Assembly (NCBI GenBank): GCA_016618085.1
Contig: JABLTG010000027.1
Span: 1-64,000, forward strand
Length of the DNA: 64,000 bases
Reading direction: 5' to 3'
DNA from: Neovahlkampfia damariscottae
Taxonomy: Eukaryota
Part shown: positions 62,838 to 64,000 of the stretch, one piece after another
Numbering within the stretch: the first letter of the stretch is position 1
How the letters are laid out: each line of letters opens with the position of its first letter
Program-made: the position numbers and the translations under genes
Notes under the pieces: generated by a model
Database searches by the model: none
The model's input: the letters and a program-made list of their open reading frames with translations, nothing else
What the model was told of the DNA's origin: nothing

Positions 62838-64000
62838 ATGAGTAAAAAAACACAAGTACAAGTTGAAGATCCAGACAGAAAATTAAGTTTAAATATTTTA
62901 CAATTAATTACAGAAATTCAAAGTCAAAACGGATTAAGTACAGGAAATTATATTCGTTATAGACAATATTGTACTAGACGTCTTCATAGATTACGTAAAG
63001 GACTTGACTGTAACAAGAATCATTTTTTTTAATTTTTCTTCAAAGGTACTCATGGAAAGAAAAAATATCTTGTCAAAGAAATTGATATTTCTGATATGAA
63101 TGATGAACGTTATTTAATGTTACCTTTACTCAAATCTGAAAGAGCTTGGGCATATGCAACTGAAATTAAATCAGAAGGAATTGAAAAAAGAGCTTTAAAA
63201 CAACACTTTAAAAAAAGATTAAACAAAGCTTTACACTGGAGTGATGAGTTATTCAAATTATCAAAAGAAAAAGCTGATGACAGAACTATATTTGAAGCAC
63301 AAGCATATCATGGATGGATTAAAGGTTTAGTACTTTTAGAATCAGAAAAATGGGAAGAAGCAATTGAAAACTTTATTCATTCAAAGTAACAAAAAAAAAA
63401 AAAATTAATAATTGTTAAAGAACCATTTATGATCAATTAGGTAAAGGTGGAAAATATATTGAAAAAGAAATGTATTCAAAAAGAATTCAAAAAGACTTAG
63501 AACCTTCAATTCGTTTTTGTCAATACAATCTTTCAAAAGATACAAAAGAACTTTCTTCAATTGTTGATGATATTGAAAACGTTGCTTTAGATTTACTTAA
63601 ATCAAAATTAGATGATGTACTTGAAGAATCAAGAAAAAAACAAGTTGAAACACTTGAAGAAATTGAATTCCTTGGTAAAAAAGTACATTTGAGAAATGAT
63701 AAAATTAAAAGAAATATCATTCAAATTGAAGCAAATCAATTAGAACTTGAAAAAACAAATGATGATGATTTGAAACTTAAATTCTTTGATAAAATACTTT
63801 TTACATATTCTGATGTTCTTGGAATGATTAAAGATGATATCAAACAAAAAGTAAAAAAAAAAAAAAAAAACATTGACATGTTATTAGAGTTTACAAAATA
63901 CTTCAACTGAAGAGTTTATGAATGAAATGCGTACATTACATTCATATATTTCATATCAATCAAATAATAAAGTTATTGATCGTAATTTAATTATGATAAA
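62838..64000 (+). CDS. SRP68: Signal recognition particle subunit SRP68 (3'-truncated by the window edge)
   Basis: QSQNGL..NYIRYRQYCTRRLHRLRK, SERAWAYA, RLNKA, EAQAY, EPSIRFCQYNL. Confidence 0.95.

Overview
This is an extremely AT-rich, gene-dense eukaryotic nuclear segment using the standard genetic code. It holds about 40 genes, very short intergenic spacers and many tiny GT-AG introns of about 28-46 nt. Gene content (RGS, MICAL, Fanzor, SECIS-type selenoprotein) fits a free-living protist, possibly a heterolobosean amoeba, but that placement is inference only. The ORF track fragments most genes, and splicing by hand reveals several things it hides. (1) The window starts inside a Fanzor2/IS607-TnpB-like RNA-guided nuclease gene, followed by a structured candidate omegaRNA and right end. 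(2) An unannotated Rdx-family (SelW/SelT/SelH-like) selenoprotein has its CxxU motif built across an intron and a well-formed type II SECIS right after the stop codon. (3) A MICAL-type monooxygenase is fused in frame to tropomodulin-like LRR modules. (4) Several genes have innate-immunity-like architectures: kinase-NACHT-HEAT, GBP-like GTPase-RING-pseudokinase, and a TLDc gene head-to-head with an IFI44-like GTPase. (5) A block of degenerate gene fragments flanked by direct repeats lies next to an assembly gap. The remainder is housekeeping: H4, PDI, Hsp70, MSH5, Ariadne, MYG1, GGT, condensin kleisin, SRP68 and others. All calls come from motif recognition by eye. No searches were run, and multi-exon boundaries are manual predictions.
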